64,000 bases of DNA from a virus, in the IMG/VR virus record IMGVR_UViG_3300045995_000345, positions 9,025 through 73,024 of that record; one strand, 5' to 3'. The notes beneath the pieces are model-generated. The model was given only the letters and a program-made list of their open reading frames with translations, ran no database searches and was not told the origin of the DNA. Below are positions 46,807 through 55,843 of the stretch, piece by piece. The position numbers were made by a program, and so were the translations under genes. Position 1 is the first letter of the stretch, and each line of letters starts with the position of its first letter.

Positions 46807-47705
46807 GCGCCCCCGCTTCCTTCCCGTTCTACCCCGACGACTTCCTGGCCGGAACCATGGAGATGTCCACTGATGAGGTTGGAGCCTACATCCGGCTCCT
46901 CTCTCACCAATGGAACCGCGGTTCAATTCCGGTTCAAACCGAAAAGCAACAACGGTTGGCTGGGGGCTCAGTCTCGGCCGACGTAATTTCCAAGTTTGAG
47001 GTGTGTGAAGACGGCCTTCTCCGGAACGCGAGGATGGAGTTTGAGCGAGAGAAGCAATGTAAGTATCGTGATGCTCAAGCACTTAAGGGTCGCCTTAGTG
47101 GCCAGGCAAGGCGAACCCCGGTTGAACCCCGGTTGAACCCCGGTTCAGTTTTGGTTGGAACCCAATCGAACCCCCCCGTCCCCGTCCCCGTCCCCGTCCC
47201 AATTGTACAAATACCCAGCAAGCCGGGCGGTGGAGTTTCGGAATTACCGAAAGACGCAGAAGACATCGAGGCTCAGATCGACCAGCTCTACTCCGCCTAC
47301 CCGAAGCACGTCGGCGTAGCGAATGCGAAGAGGGCGATTCGGAAGGCATTGAAAAAGGCGACGTTTGAAGTCCTCTTCGAAGCCGTCACTGCCTTTGCAG
47401 TTTCCCAGGCCAGTAGGTCGGCGGAGACGAAGAAGTTCATTCCCGACCCGGCGACGTGGTTCAACGCGGAACGTTGGACAGACGACCGCACCACATGGAC
47501 GGTTGGGCAGAACGGCTCCACGGTCCCGCCCCACAAGCAGCTTGACGCGGTCAAGCTCTCGATCGAGACGCACCCCGCGAACCGGGAGTATGTCGGCTAC
47601 GACGAACGGAAGGTCACGCCAGAGTTGAAGACCCAGCTCTCCGACCTTCGGAAGGCGGCAGAGCAGTTGACGCTTCGGATCGCGAAAGGATCCATCCATG
47701 GGTAA
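46803..47705 (+). CDS. DUF1376/YdaU-like replication initiator
   Basis: FPFYPDDFLAGT..MS..EVGAYIRLL..QW..G; C-terminal YPKHVG..FIPDPATWFNAERWTD. Confidence 0.85.
   Translation: MSAPASFPFYPDDFLAGTMEMSTDEVGAYIRLLSHQWNRGSIPVQTEKQQRLAGGSVSADVISKFEVCEDGLLRNARMEFEREKQCKYRDAQALKGRLSGQARRTPVEPRLNPGSVLVGTQSNPPVPVPVPVPIVQIPSKPGGGVSELPKDAEDIEAQIDQLYSAYPKHVGVANAKRAIRKALKKATFEVLFEAVTAFAVSQASRSAETKKFIPDPATWFNAERWTDDRTTWTVGQNGSTVPPHKQLDAVKLSIETHPANREYVGYDERKVTPELKTQLSDLRKAAEQLTLRIAKGSIHG
47113..47145. repeat. iterons (GAACCCCGGTT x3), putative replication origin
   Basis: Three exact 11-bp tandem repeats inside the initiator gene. Confidence 0.7.
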
Positions 47706-49125
47706 GCAGTTCCTCAGTGATATGCCCATCGACAGGCTCCCGCCGCACGCACCAGAGGCGGAGCAAGCCGTGATCGGATGCTGCCTACTCACAAACGACG
47801 CCATAGATGAAGTCTTGGAAACTGGACTTTCCAGTGAATGGTTCTATGACCTTCGCTTGCGGGATATGTGGACGGTGTTGTCTACGATGCGCGCTGCCGG
47901 AATTCCCATCGACTTGATTTCGCTTCCGCAGAAGTTGCGCGACGCTGGGAAGCTGGAGGCCGTTGGTGGGATTGCCTATATCACCGCCCTGATTGACGGA
48001 GTTCCGAGCGCAAGCATAGTCGGATACTACGTCGGGATGCTTCGCGATAAGTGGCTTTTGAGGAAGGCTATTGCCGTCTGCACTGAGCATGTGTCGAAAG
48101 CCTACGAGGGTTGCGACGCTGAGGATGTTGTGGCTTCACTTGAACGAGACTCACTCGCCATCCGTGATGACAAGTCTGACAAGCGCGCCGAGACAATGCA
48201 GACCATCGCAAGGCGTGTGGTGGAGAACATCGAGAAACGGATGACTTCCGGTGAGGGAGTTATCAGCACAGGCTTCACGGATCTGGACAAGTACACTTCC
48301 GGAGGGCTGAAGGATTCCGAGATGTGGATCATGGCGGCGCGCCCGTCACTTGGTAAGACTTCGCTCGCGATGAACATCGCCGCTAACGTCGCTGACGCTT
48401 TCCGGTCCGAATGGTTATCCTCGCACGCGAAGGAAGAACCCTACGCAGGCCAAAGCGTTCTCGTGTTCAGTTTGGAGATGACCGCCGAAGCCCTCACTGA
48501 GCGCATGGTGTCCAGCTACGCTAGGGTGGGAACCCGAAGGACGGAGGCGTTCAACGAACGGGAAATGGTAAGGCTCACCACGGCGGTTGGTGTCGTGTCC
48601 AAACTCCCACTCATCATTGAAGATTCTCCAATGACGCTTGGCCGGATTATGGCCAAGGCGCGCCGGCACGTTTCGCGTGACAACACGAAGGTGATCGTTG
48701 TGGATTATCTCCAGTGCATTCTGAGCACCCCCGACGCGCGCTCCCAGGATCGAAGGGTTGAGGTTGACGGGTTCAGCCGGGGCCTGAAGCAAATGGCGAA
48801 AGAGCTGAAGGTCCCCGTGCTGGTTGCCGCCCAGCTCAACCGGGATCTTGAGCGCGAAAAGAACCGACGCCCGCGCATGTCTGATTTGCGCGAGGCTGGC
48901 GGCATCGAAGCCGACGCGGACTTCATAGGGTTCCTTTACAAGCCGTCATCAAAGGGCGAAGAAGAGGAATCGGATTCGTGTGCCGTGAACCTGCTCATTG
49001 GGAAGCAGCGCAACGGAATGGCCAACGTCGATGTCGCCCTAACCTTCCTCAAACAGTTCACGCGTTTTGAAAGCGCCGCAAAAGTATGCTCGGAAGACTA
49101 TCGCCCCACCCACTCGGACCCATGA
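47698..49125 (+). CDS. dnaB: replicative DNA helicase
   Basis: PPH..EAEQAVIG, AARPSLGKT, FSLEM, VDYLQ, AQLNR, DLREAG.IE.DAD and KQRNG motifs. Confidence 0.95.
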   Translation: MGKQFLSDMPIDRLPPHAPEAEQAVIGCCLLTNDAIDEVLETGLSSEWFYDLRLRDMWTVLSTMRAAGIPIDLISLPQKLRDAGKLEAVGGIAYITALIDGVPSASIVGYYVGMLRDKWLLRKAIAVCTEHVSKAYEGCDAEDVVASLERDSLAIRDDKSDKRAETMQTIARRVVENIEKRMTSGEGVISTGFTDLDKYTSGGLKDSEMWIMAARPSLGKTSLAMNIAANVADAFRSEWLSSHAKEEPYAGQSVLVFSLEMTAEALTERMVSSYARVGTRRTEAFNEREMVRLTTAVGVVSKLPLIIEDSPMTLGRIMAKARRHVSRDNTKVIVVDYLQCILSTPDARSQDRRVEVDGFSRGLKQMAKELKVPVLVAAQLNRDLEREKNRRPRMSDLREAGGIEADADFIGFLYKPSSKGEEEESDSCAVNLLIGKQRNGMANVDVALTFLKQFTRFESAAKVCSEDYRPTHSDP

Positions 49126-49334
49126 TCCCCGGCACCCACCGTTCCAGTCTGCGCCACATCGCGAAGCCGCTCAAGGGCGAGTGCTTCGTGTGCGGCCGCA
49201 AAGGTGCGCACAAGTGGTGGGACGATGAATGCAACGCCATGATCTGCGAGCGCTGCGTCCAGCCAACGCTCACCGCCGAACGTTTCCTGCACATCCAAGG
49301 ACCGAGATGCGGCGTGGAGAAACCTCAGCCATGA
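49122..49334 (+). CDS. small Zn-finger protein
   Basis: CFVCG...CERC; ATGA overlaps. Confidence 0.55.
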   Translation: MIPGTHRSSLRHIAKPLKGECFVCGRKGAHKWWDDECNAMICERCVQPTLTAERFLHIQGPRCGVEKPQP

Positions 49335-49654
49335 AGACTCGCAAGTCACACTTTGAATTCGACGCGCACAGTTCCATGTGGCGTGGAACGTTCGATCCAA
49401 CCACAGAGACATTCAGCCTATGGAAAAAGAACTCTCGAAAGACCAAGCGCCTGCGCCTGAGCGGGGACCAGATAGTGGACGCGGCAGTGGGGCAGCTCCA
49501 CTTCGTATGCTCTACACCGATCGTGAAGGAGTCCAGTGGACCCTCAGCGACATCACCGAGAACAAGTCCTTCCCCGGATTCATCAACGCCGTCCGAGTTA
49601 AAGACGGACGAAGAATCTGCATCAACGCCAGCACCAGCAACCCTGATACCCTGA
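49331..49654 (+). CDS. hypothetical protein
   Basis: ATGA overlap at 49331; the Ser-rich tail overlaps the next ORF. Confidence 0.5.
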   Translation: MKTRKSHFEFDAHSSMWRGTFDPTTETFSLWKKNSRKTKRLRLSGDQIVDAAVGQLHFVCSTPIVKESSGPSATSPRTSPSPDSSTPSELKTDEESASTPAPATLIP

Positions 49655-49665
49655 GAATTCTATGA
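49507..49665 (+). CDS. small hypothetical protein (52 aa)
   Basis: MLYTDREGVQWTLSD...; ATGA overlap with ssb. Confidence 0.45.
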   Translation: MLYTDREGVQWTLSDITENKSFPGFINAVRVKDGRRICINASTSNPDTLRIL

Positions 49666-50114
49666 TCGGCAAAGCTACACTCATCGGCCGCGTCACACGC
49701 TGCACCCTCGTTTCACCAGACGGAAAGAAACCGTTCGCGTCCGTCGCCATTGAAGACTTGGTGGGCCGAGAATGGAACGGCAAGACCTACCACGACAAGG
49801 CAGAGATCAAATGCTACCGGCAGCCGGAGGGGCTGGTTCAATCCATGGTCCTTGGCTGCGTCGTGATGGCGTCAGGCACGCCGAAGGCCGAGACGAACGA
49901 ATGGCAGGGGAAGACCTACGGCAAGCTCACCATGATGGCCGATGACTTCTGCGTGGTGCAGGCTGCGGGTGGGAGTGCGGCGCCGGCTCCGGCTACAACG
50001 GCAGCACGCCCAGCAACCACAGCAGCGCCAGCGCCACAGAGCGCGACGGCGCCAGCCCCAGCGCAATCACCGGCTGCAATGGCGGAGGATAAAGATGATT
50101 CGATTCCGTTTTGA
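49662..50114 (+). CDS. ssb: single-stranded DNA-binding protein
   Basis: KATLIGRVT OB-fold start, Ala/Pro linker, acidic DDSIPF tail. Confidence 0.85.
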   Translation: MIGKATLIGRVTRCTLVSPDGKKPFASVAIEDLVGREWNGKTYHDKAEIKCYRQPEGLVQSMVLGCVVMASGTPKAETNEWQGKTYGKLTMMADDFCVVQAAGGSAAPAPATTAARPATTAAPAPQSATAPAPAQSPAAMAEDKDDSIPF

Positions 50115-50118
50115 CCCT

Positions 50119-50739
50119 ATGAAACCTCTCTCCCCCGAATTCCACAAGTACGCTTGGGACTTCAAACTCCTGCGCCGCCGCGACCGAATCGCCATGTTCA
50201 TCAAGACCCGCGGAAAGTCAGTTTCTTACGAGGTGGTGAAGGTGAAGGATCAAAAGGCTCACACCTGGCCGGCTGGGAATACCACCGAAGCCTGCGAGAA
50301 TCTTCCAGGCTCCAACGAGTGGGGCGTAAAAGGCTGGACCTACCAGACCGAAGAAGACGCTCTCCACAAGTTCAACGCTCTTGCGGCCAGCCAACAATCC
50401 CAAGGCGAACCTGCTTCGTCTCCCACGCCCAGCACCCGCCCCCGAAGCGTATCTTCGATGGCATGTGACAGCCACATCCCAGATGGCTTCCTTCCCAGGG
50501 CCGGCATTGATGTCGGTGACGGTTGTAGAGCGTACAGCCGCGACACCAGCCCAGATGCTCCAGGGTATTCTCGCGCGACCTCCAGCTCCAGAACCGAGCC
50601 AGCGTCAGTCCAATCTTCAACCAACGGCGCGGAGTCAGATGCTCTCTGCGCACAGCTTGCCGCCACTCGATCACTCGCTTCTTTGCGCACAACCAAAATA
50701 AAGGGTTCATCGATTCTGGATCTGCCGGTTGACGGCTGA
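50119..50739 (+). CDS. hypothetical phage protein
   Basis: YEVV...E.LPG.NEWG..GWTY N-terminal domain; Ser-rich tail. Confidence 0.55.
   Translation: MKPLSPEFHKYAWDFKLLRRRDRIAMFIKTRGKSVSYEVVKVKDQKAHTWPAGNTTEACENLPGSNEWGVKGWTYQTEEDALHKFNALAASQQSQGEPASSPTPSTRPRSVSSMACDSHIPDGFLPRAGIDVGDGCRAYSRDTSPDAPGYSRATSSSRTEPASVQSSTNGAESDALCAQLAATRSLASLRTTKIKGSSILDLPVDG
50372..50710 (-). CDS. Cys-rich protein (CxxC..C..CGC..C), antisense
   Basis: CRGC, QC, GCGC and GCW motifs; protein-like composition. Confidence 0.5.
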   Translation of the reverse strand: MNPLFWLCAKKRVIEWRQAVRREHLTPRRWLKIGLTLARFWSWRSRENTLEHLGWCRGCTLYNRHRHQCRPWEGSHLGCGCHMPSKIRFGGGCWAWETKQVRLGIVGWPQER

Positions 50740-50782
50740 ACAGACGCAGCGTAACTCAACGCTGAACCAAAGCAAACACACC

Positions 50783-51256
50783 ATGAAGACACCGGGACAG
50801 ATCAACTTCGAGGCGTTCCATAAAAGGCCGGAGCCGCCGAATTATTATACCGATTCGCAGTACTCTCAGAGGGACTGGGAGCGCGCTGCCCAGGCCGTCA
50901 TCAAGGACTACGAACAGCGCCAGTCCCAGATCACCAGCGGGGGCATCGTGAAGCCTACGACGCCACTCTCGCTCGGACCAGAAGTCGGAAGATGCTCGGA
51001 GTGCCATCGATGCACATGGGCTCGTAGCGATCTTGGAACTCCATGCGGAATGACACAACCAGATGGATCGCGATGCTTGGGAGTATTTGGAGAAGCCGTA
51101 TTTGTTTCCGAATCGACTCAACCCTGCATCACCGGAAACTGCATCCAGGCCGGCGGCTACCCCAATGCCACCATCACCATGGACGCTGACATCACCCAGA
51201 TCCAGAACTTCCCATCCAACCTGCTCTTCAAGCGGGTCAAACTCACACTCGAATGA
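50783..51256 (+). CDS. hypothetical protein with a Zn-ribbon
   Basis: KTPGQINFEAF..WERAAQAV; CSEC..CGM..C. Confidence 0.55.
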   Translation: MKTPGQINFEAFHKRPEPPNYYTDSQYSQRDWERAAQAVIKDYEQRQSQITSGGIVKPTTPLSLGPEVGRCSECHRCTWARSDLGTPCGMTQPDGSRCLGVFGEAVFVSESTQPCITGNCIQAGGYPNATITMDADITQIQNFPSNLLFKRVKLTLE

Positions 51257-51513
51257 ATCCTGAACGAAAACAAGTCCCCGTGCATTGCGCCCATGGCAGT
51301 CCATGCACGCCCTGCATCATTTACATCGAGAGGCCGGTTCCTGAGTTCGGCATGGATGGCTGGGAGAAGAAGAGCCTGCAACTCTTCATCGACGAAGCCG
51401 ACACCATCGTTAGCGCGCTGGTGGCCAGCCTTCCTGGCGGAACCCTCTCCCAGGTACACGCCCGGCTGGCTCAGCACTTCGCGGACAAGTGCCTGCTCAG
51501 GGTAACCTCGTAA
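51253..51513 (+). CDS. hypothetical protein
   Basis: ATGA overlap; SLPGGT motif. Confidence 0.55.
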   Translation: MNPERKQVPVHCAHGSPCTPCIIYIERPVPEFGMDGWEKKSLQLFIDEADTIVSALVASLPGGTLSQVHARLAQHFADKCLLRVTS

Positions 51514-51518
51514 ACACC

Positions 51519-51797
51519 ATGTTCAAAGTCACCATCGAAGCAGTAGGAGAAACAAGAGACATAGCAATCGCTCAGGCTATCTCCTGCGCGTCCGGGCTGA
51601 TTGGCCACCCCAATATGGGCATCTATTCGGTGGGGTCCACAGTGAGAGGATCCACAGCCTCGGTCAGTCCAGTGGAAGCTCGAGAACAGAAGCCTCTGGA
51701 TGTCGGGATGGCGCGCGTGGATCGATTCGCGAAACTGGCGGTTCAGCCAACGAAGCCCGAACGCTACTCCCCGCTACGGAGAAATCCTCCAGCTTAA
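51519..51797 (+). CDS. hypothetical protein
   Basis: ATG at 51519, just after the upstream stop. Confidence 0.45.
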   Translation: MFKVTIEAVGETRDIAIAQAISCASGLIGHPNMGIYSVGSTVRGSTASVSPVEAREQKPLDVGMARVDRFAKLAVQPTKPERYSPLRRNPPA

Positions 51798-52137
51798 AAA
51801 CCCGCTTTCTAATCTCCCACTTCATGGCCTTCCCTCCGCGCTTCACCTTGAGCTTCCTCCAGCCCCACAGTTCAAGGTGAGCGCCAGGAGTCTTCAGCCA
51901 GTCCACGCAGTCCTTTGCCTTCTCGCCAAGCATAGCAAGTTCGTGTTCCCGGAACGCCTGTCCCGTTGACTGAATGCCGATCACGCCACGGGAATGATCG
52001 AGGGCAAGTATATCGATGCACCCGAACAGGTCTTGACGAATTCCGTGCGGACCCACGAAGCGGTTGAACTTCTCCACGATCCCCGCGCGGTGCCCCTGCT
52101 TCCTGATCTCCGCTAGCGTTCTCTGGGTTGGGCTCAT
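51664..52137 (-). CDS. PD-(D/E)XK nuclease (resolvase-like)
   Basis: SPTQRTL..G....VEK...DLFG.IDILA...IGIQ.T pattern. Confidence 0.7.
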   Translation of the reverse strand: MSPTQRTLAEIRKQGHRAGIVEKFNRFVGPHGIRQDLFGCIDILALDHSRGVIGIQSTGQAFREHELAMLGEKAKDCVDWLKTPGAHLELWGWRKLKVKRGGKAMKWEIRKRVFKLEDFSVAGSSVRASLAEPPVSRIDPRAPSRHPEASVLELPLD

Positions 52138-52184
52138 GATTCATTATCCTCGCACTGCCCCCTCAGGTGGACCCTGGTCCGCTC

Positions 52185-52379
52185 CTATTCCCTCACTATC
52201 CATTCCCGCACCTGGCCGTAGCGGGCGTACCAGTTTCCGGTTCCGTGGCTCACTCGGATAGTCCCGCTTGCCAGCTCGGACTCATAGCGTGTGGCGAAGA
52301 TGATCACGGCGTCGAAATGCTCACCCAACGCTTCAGCAGCTTCGCGCACACGCTTTTCGTCTGGAGAAAAGTCGGTCAC
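52185..52379 (-). CDS. small hypothetical protein
   Basis: LGEHFDAVIIFAT..GNWYARYG..REW. Confidence 0.6.
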   Translation of the reverse strand: MTDFSPDEKRVREAAEALGEHFDAVIIFATRYESELASGTIRVSHGTGNWYARYGQVREWIVRE

Positions 52380-53449
52380 TGGGAGTTGGGTTTCAGAGGC
52401 TGTCTGAGCTGCCCAGTGAGTCGTTTTATTTCGGTCGCCAGATCTCCGTTCTGCTGAACCAGCTCACCCTCCCTCTGGTTGAGTCGTTCTATCTCCAGCC
52501 TGAGTTCGTCTATCTGATTCAGGAGTTCTGTTCTGGACTGCTCCAGTTCCTGTTCCCTATGGAACGGGATATACACCACGCTCTGCGCATCGGTGCCCGC
52601 CTGAACCAACCGCGTGAAGTCGCCGCACGCGATAGCTTGCTTGAAAGCTTCGATCGTCTGTTCCCTCGTAACACCCTCGATGGCGACAAGCTTTTCGTCG
52701 ATCATCTTCTTGATGGCTTCGTCTGCCTTCGCCCTGTAAGCAGCGAACCCGTAGTTCCCGTCCGCGCATTCAGCAGCAGTCCTCGGCATGGGACCAGGAG
52801 TAATCTGAGTTGCGCTCTTCCCAGCCGGCATACCATCCGCGAACGATTTCGGCGTGGGGAACGTGAACGCGCCTTTCTCCTTGAGCATTTTTTCAAGCGC
52901 GGCCTCATAGGCATCGGATGTATATCTCGACCCCCGCTCCATCGGGGGGCCTGGAACTAATATCGGCAACCTGCTTCTCATCCCGATCAACTCCTCCAAG
53001 ATCCGCTCCAGCAATCCCAGCGACTTGTCACTCATGGCGAAGTGGCGCTCGTTGACCCTGTCAGCTTCCTTCGGCGGCGCCGTCTTGAACGCCTCCCGGT
53101 AGAGAACCTCTTCCCGAACGCGCTCCGCTGCCACCCACCATGCATTCAGAACTTCAGGAATCAAGCTCTCGAATTTCAGCCCAGGCAGACGAGTGTCCGC
53201 CTCCTCTCCGTGCGCCGCCCGGTAACCTGAGTTCCACCCCAGGTAAGCCACCTCCGCCAGGGACACCTTAGAAACTGAGTTTCCAGGCAGCGGCGGATCC
53301 CCAATCAAGGCGTCCAGACCACGCTGGGTTTCCTCACGCGAAAGCCCCACTTTCGGAACCTCTCCCGGGGCCATGGAAGTCATCCCGGGGATTCCCCCGG
53401 AAACGTTACCACCCGAAATCCCACCCAAACCGACAGTCTGATCGTTCAT
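52376..53449 (-). CDS. hypothetical protein
   Basis: 357 aa with a C-terminal coiled coil. Confidence 0.6.
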   Translation of the reverse strand: MNDQTVGLGGISGGNVSGGIPGMTSMAPGEVPKVGLSREETQRGLDALIGDPPLPGNSVSKVSLAEVAYLGWNSGYRAAHGEEADTRLPGLKFESLIPEVLNAWWVAAERVREEVLYREAFKTAPPKEADRVNERHFAMSDKSLGLLERILEELIGMRSRLPILVPGPPMERGSRYTSDAYEAALEKMLKEKGAFTFPTPKSFADGMPAGKSATQITPGPMPRTAAECADGNYGFAAYRAKADEAIKKMIDEKLVAIEGVTREQTIEAFKQAIACGDFTRLVQAGTDAQSVVYIPFHREQELEQSRTELLNQIDELRLEIERLNQREGELVQQNGDLATEIKRLTGQLRQPLKPNSQ

Positions 53450-53499
53450 CTGAATGCCTTTCTTTACATGTTGCGTAGCTCAAGGACGCGTTTTTAGCC

Positions 53500-53769
53500 T
53501 CAGGGTGCCACCTTGGTAGCCAAACCCCCTCCCGACGCGTCCACGGAAGGTTCTTTTTTCTGACCCACCCAAACCCCGCTGGGACCCCAGCGATCCCGAT
53601 AATCCGAAACCGCCTTGTCCGCCCACCGAGTTGCCGTTTCCGGTTGCTCCACCCCGATGACCCCGGAAAGCGTCACCCACACCCTAACCCAGAGGTCCTT
53701 CTCCTGAGCCATGGCTTGGGCCTTCAACGCCTGCTCATCAATCCTCCGCTCAAGTTGTTCCATTGTCAT
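53500..53769 (-). CDS. hypothetical protein
   Basis: Start reassigned to the ATGA overlap at 53769. Confidence 0.5.
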   Translation of the reverse strand: MTMEQLERRIDEQALKAQAMAQEKDLWVRVWVTLSGVIGVEQPETATRWADKAVSDYRDRWGPSGVWVGQKKEPSVDASGGGLATKVAP

Positions 53770-54008
53770 GCTGCACCTCCAGCTTCTTCCACCACGTCCA
53801 CCCTCGCTCCAAGAACCTCCTTGAACTCCCCGATCTTGGCCGTGTCCATCTGAAACCTCAAAGACGCATACCCAGCAGGACACGTTGTGTCCCAGCCAGC
53901 GTATATCACTTTCGCACCAGTCGTGATGATCGCCTCCGCCAGCCGGTAGCCGGACACCTTCGTCAGCCTCCACGGATCTGCCTCTCCAATCGAATAGCTC
54001 TGTATCAT
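53766..54008 (-). CDS. hypothetical protein
   Basis: ATGA-coupled. Confidence 0.5.
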   Translation of the reverse strand: MIQSYSIGEADPWRLTKVSGYRLAEAIITTGAKVIYAGWDTTCPAGYASLRFQMDTAKIGEFKEVLGARVDVVEEAGGAA

Positions 54009-54352
54009 GATTTTGCCTTTCTCGCTTCCTTCATCTCCACCTGCACCTGCTTCATCGCCGCGTAGTGACTCCCCTCCAGCTTCCCAGTCTTCAACATGTT
54101 CGCCTCCGCACGGCGCTCAACCTCCACGACGAATAGGTCCAACGCTTCCTCAAAACCAGGCACCGGCAACGATCGCACGTCCGGATGCTCTTCTCGCAAC
54201 ACGGAACTCCGCACAACCTCAGCCGAGTAGCTCCACGCGTTCCTATACCTCTGTTCCAACAATCCCCACGGTATAGGTTGCTCCATACCAAGGCGCGCGT
54301 AGAACGCTTCGTGATTCAACTCGCCCAACCGAAATTCAGCGGTCTTGCTCAT
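54005..54352 (-). CDS. hypothetical protein
   Basis: ATGA-coupled. Confidence 0.55.
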   Translation of the reverse strand: MSKTAEFRLGELNHEAFYARLGMEQPIPWGLLEQRYRNAWSYSAEVVRSSVLREEHPDVRSLPVPGFEEALDLFVVEVERRAEANMLKTGKLEGSHYAAMKQVQVEMKEARKAKS

Positions 54353-54930
54353 AGTTCCTCTGGTTTCATGTATGGCAGCCCAACAAACGCGAATACCTCA
54401 GCCTCCGATCCCATTGCGCGCGCCTCGCCGCTACCACTATTTGTAAATCCAGATCCATACGGATTCCACTTCCACCCGCGCTCCTGCGCCGCCATGCAGA
54501 TTCGAGTGTTGCTGTCCGCCGGCCCCGTCCGACACACCAGATAGTTCCACCAGTTCTCCGCCGTCGCCGCAAACAAGTCCACAGGCATGCCCGTAGCACA
54601 GTGGCGCATCAGCTTGTTCTTCGGCCCATACATCTCCGACCCATTCACGTTCTTACGCCTCTCCAACACCCCGGCCCTCTCCAATCCCGCAATCACTTCA
54701 TCCGCAAGATTCACCGTGATGCTCGCAAACATGTCCGCAGGATCAGCCCTCACCTCAGTCTTCCCAATGTAGAGTATCTCCACATCACCCACCGTCTCCT
54801 TCCGCCTACGCAACGAACCCGCAACGATAATCCGCTCACACGCCGGCCCCAGCACAGCGCACAGCTCGTCCGACACCGCAAGGCCAACAGCCCTGTCGTA
54901 TCGCTTCTTCTCTGTCGTTGTGCTTTCCAT
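54349..54930 (-). CDS. minimal DNA polymerase X-family nucleotidyltransferase
   Basis: AGSLRR.KETVGDVEIL, VDLF, RTG.A..N and SEAEVF..VGLPY..PE motifs. Confidence 0.85.
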   Translation of the reverse strand: MESTTTEKKRYDRAVGLAVSDELCAVLGPACERIIVAGSLRRRKETVGDVEILYIGKTEVRADPADMFASITVNLADEVIAGLERAGVLERRKNVNGSEMYGPKNKLMRHCATGMPVDLFAATAENWWNYLVCRTGPADSNTRICMAAQERGWKWNPYGSGFTNSGSGEARAMGSEAEVFAFVGLPYMKPEEL

Positions 54931-54940
54931 AGCTCCTCTC

Positions 54941-55699
54941 TCAATCCACCGGCAACGAATCCAAAGTTACTTCATCCTTCTGTACAGCTTCTTTAGAAAG
55001 ATGTTCTCCGGAGGACGGAACGTCCACTCTATCTCCTCCTCCGTAGCCCCCAAGCTCCGCAGCCGACATCGTATGTAAGGCTCGTCCGCCTTCATTCGCG
55101 CCTCGCTGGCTGCTATCTCCGCCCTCACCCTGTCGTTGTGAATCTCCTGCGGTGTCTTTGTCATATTGCTGATTTCCTTTCAAGCCAGCGCACTCAGCGT
55201 CCGGATGCCCAGTCGCCACCTCATACTTCTGCGCAAACGTCAATCCCCCACCCTGACCCATCACCTCCGCCATCGTCAGACGCTCCCTATTTGCCCCCGA
55301 ACCAGCAGCAGACTTCTGCGCCTTCGCCTTATCACGATGCCGCTGTTGAGCCTCCCTCAAATACTCCCTCCTGTCTGTAGCCTTCTTGATCTTGTCGTAA
55401 TACTTCCCATTCACCACCCGGTAAAGATACGCCCCCACCATCACCAGCTTCCTCCCTTCCTCCCTATCACTTCTACTCTCATGATCGGGAGCGCACATCT
55501 CACCTATGACCTTCACAATCTTCTTCACGTCCTCCCCGAGCAGGTAGCCCAGCAACACTGGATTCAACTCCACGCACACATCATCCATCTTCGAGTCATA
55601 CCTGTAGTGTGAAATCACGTACCCCCACACCGCAAAGAACGCACTCCCCTTCCCAACCATCGACCCCGTATACATCGACTCAAAGTGTCTTCCATACAT
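54941..55699 (-). CDS. phage replication-initiator-like (winged HTH) protein
   Basis: YG.HFESMY.GSM, PD..SRS...EGR and VVN..YY...RREY.RE.Q.R.R pattern; GGAGGGG RBS. Confidence 0.65.
   Translation of the reverse strand: MYGRHFESMYTGSMVGKGSAFFAVWGYVISHYRYDSKMDDVCVELNPVLLGYLLGEDVKKIVKVIGEMCAPDHESRSDREEGRKLVMVGAYLYRVVNGKYYDKIKKATDRREYLREAQQRHRDKAKAQKSAAGSGANRERLTMAEVMGQGGGLTFAQKYEVATGHPDAECAGLKGNQQYDKDTAGDSQRQGEGGDSSQRGANEGGRALHTMSAAELGGYGGGDRVDVPSSGEHLSKEAVQKDEVTLDSLPVD
54967..55164 (-). CDS. small protein nested in the tail of the initiator-like gene
   Basis: 65 aa charged helical ORF overlapping a low-complexity tail; AAGGAA upstream. Confidence 0.45.
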   Translation of the reverse strand: MTKTPQEIHNDRVRAEIAASEARMKADEPYIRCRLRSLGATEEEIEWTFRPPENIFLKKLYRRMK

Positions 55700-55762
55700 A
55701 TAATCAATATCCCCTCCGTGTACTTGAACGCTGGGATCGTGCCCCCTGGTGAGCAGTTATTC

Positions 55763-55843
55763 CCGGCCTGTGCCCACTCCGCGAGACGCACTTGCGTTTC
55801 AGGTTCGTTACACCCTCGTCAGTCGCGAGTATATTGTGGCCGG
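55763..55843 (-). ncRNA. hammerhead ribozyme (type I)
   Basis: Minus strand reads CGCGA-CUGACGA-GGGU gUAACGA ACCU-GAAA-CGC AAGU GCG-UC-UCGCG; outer CCGGCC/GGCCGG stem. Confidence 0.85.
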
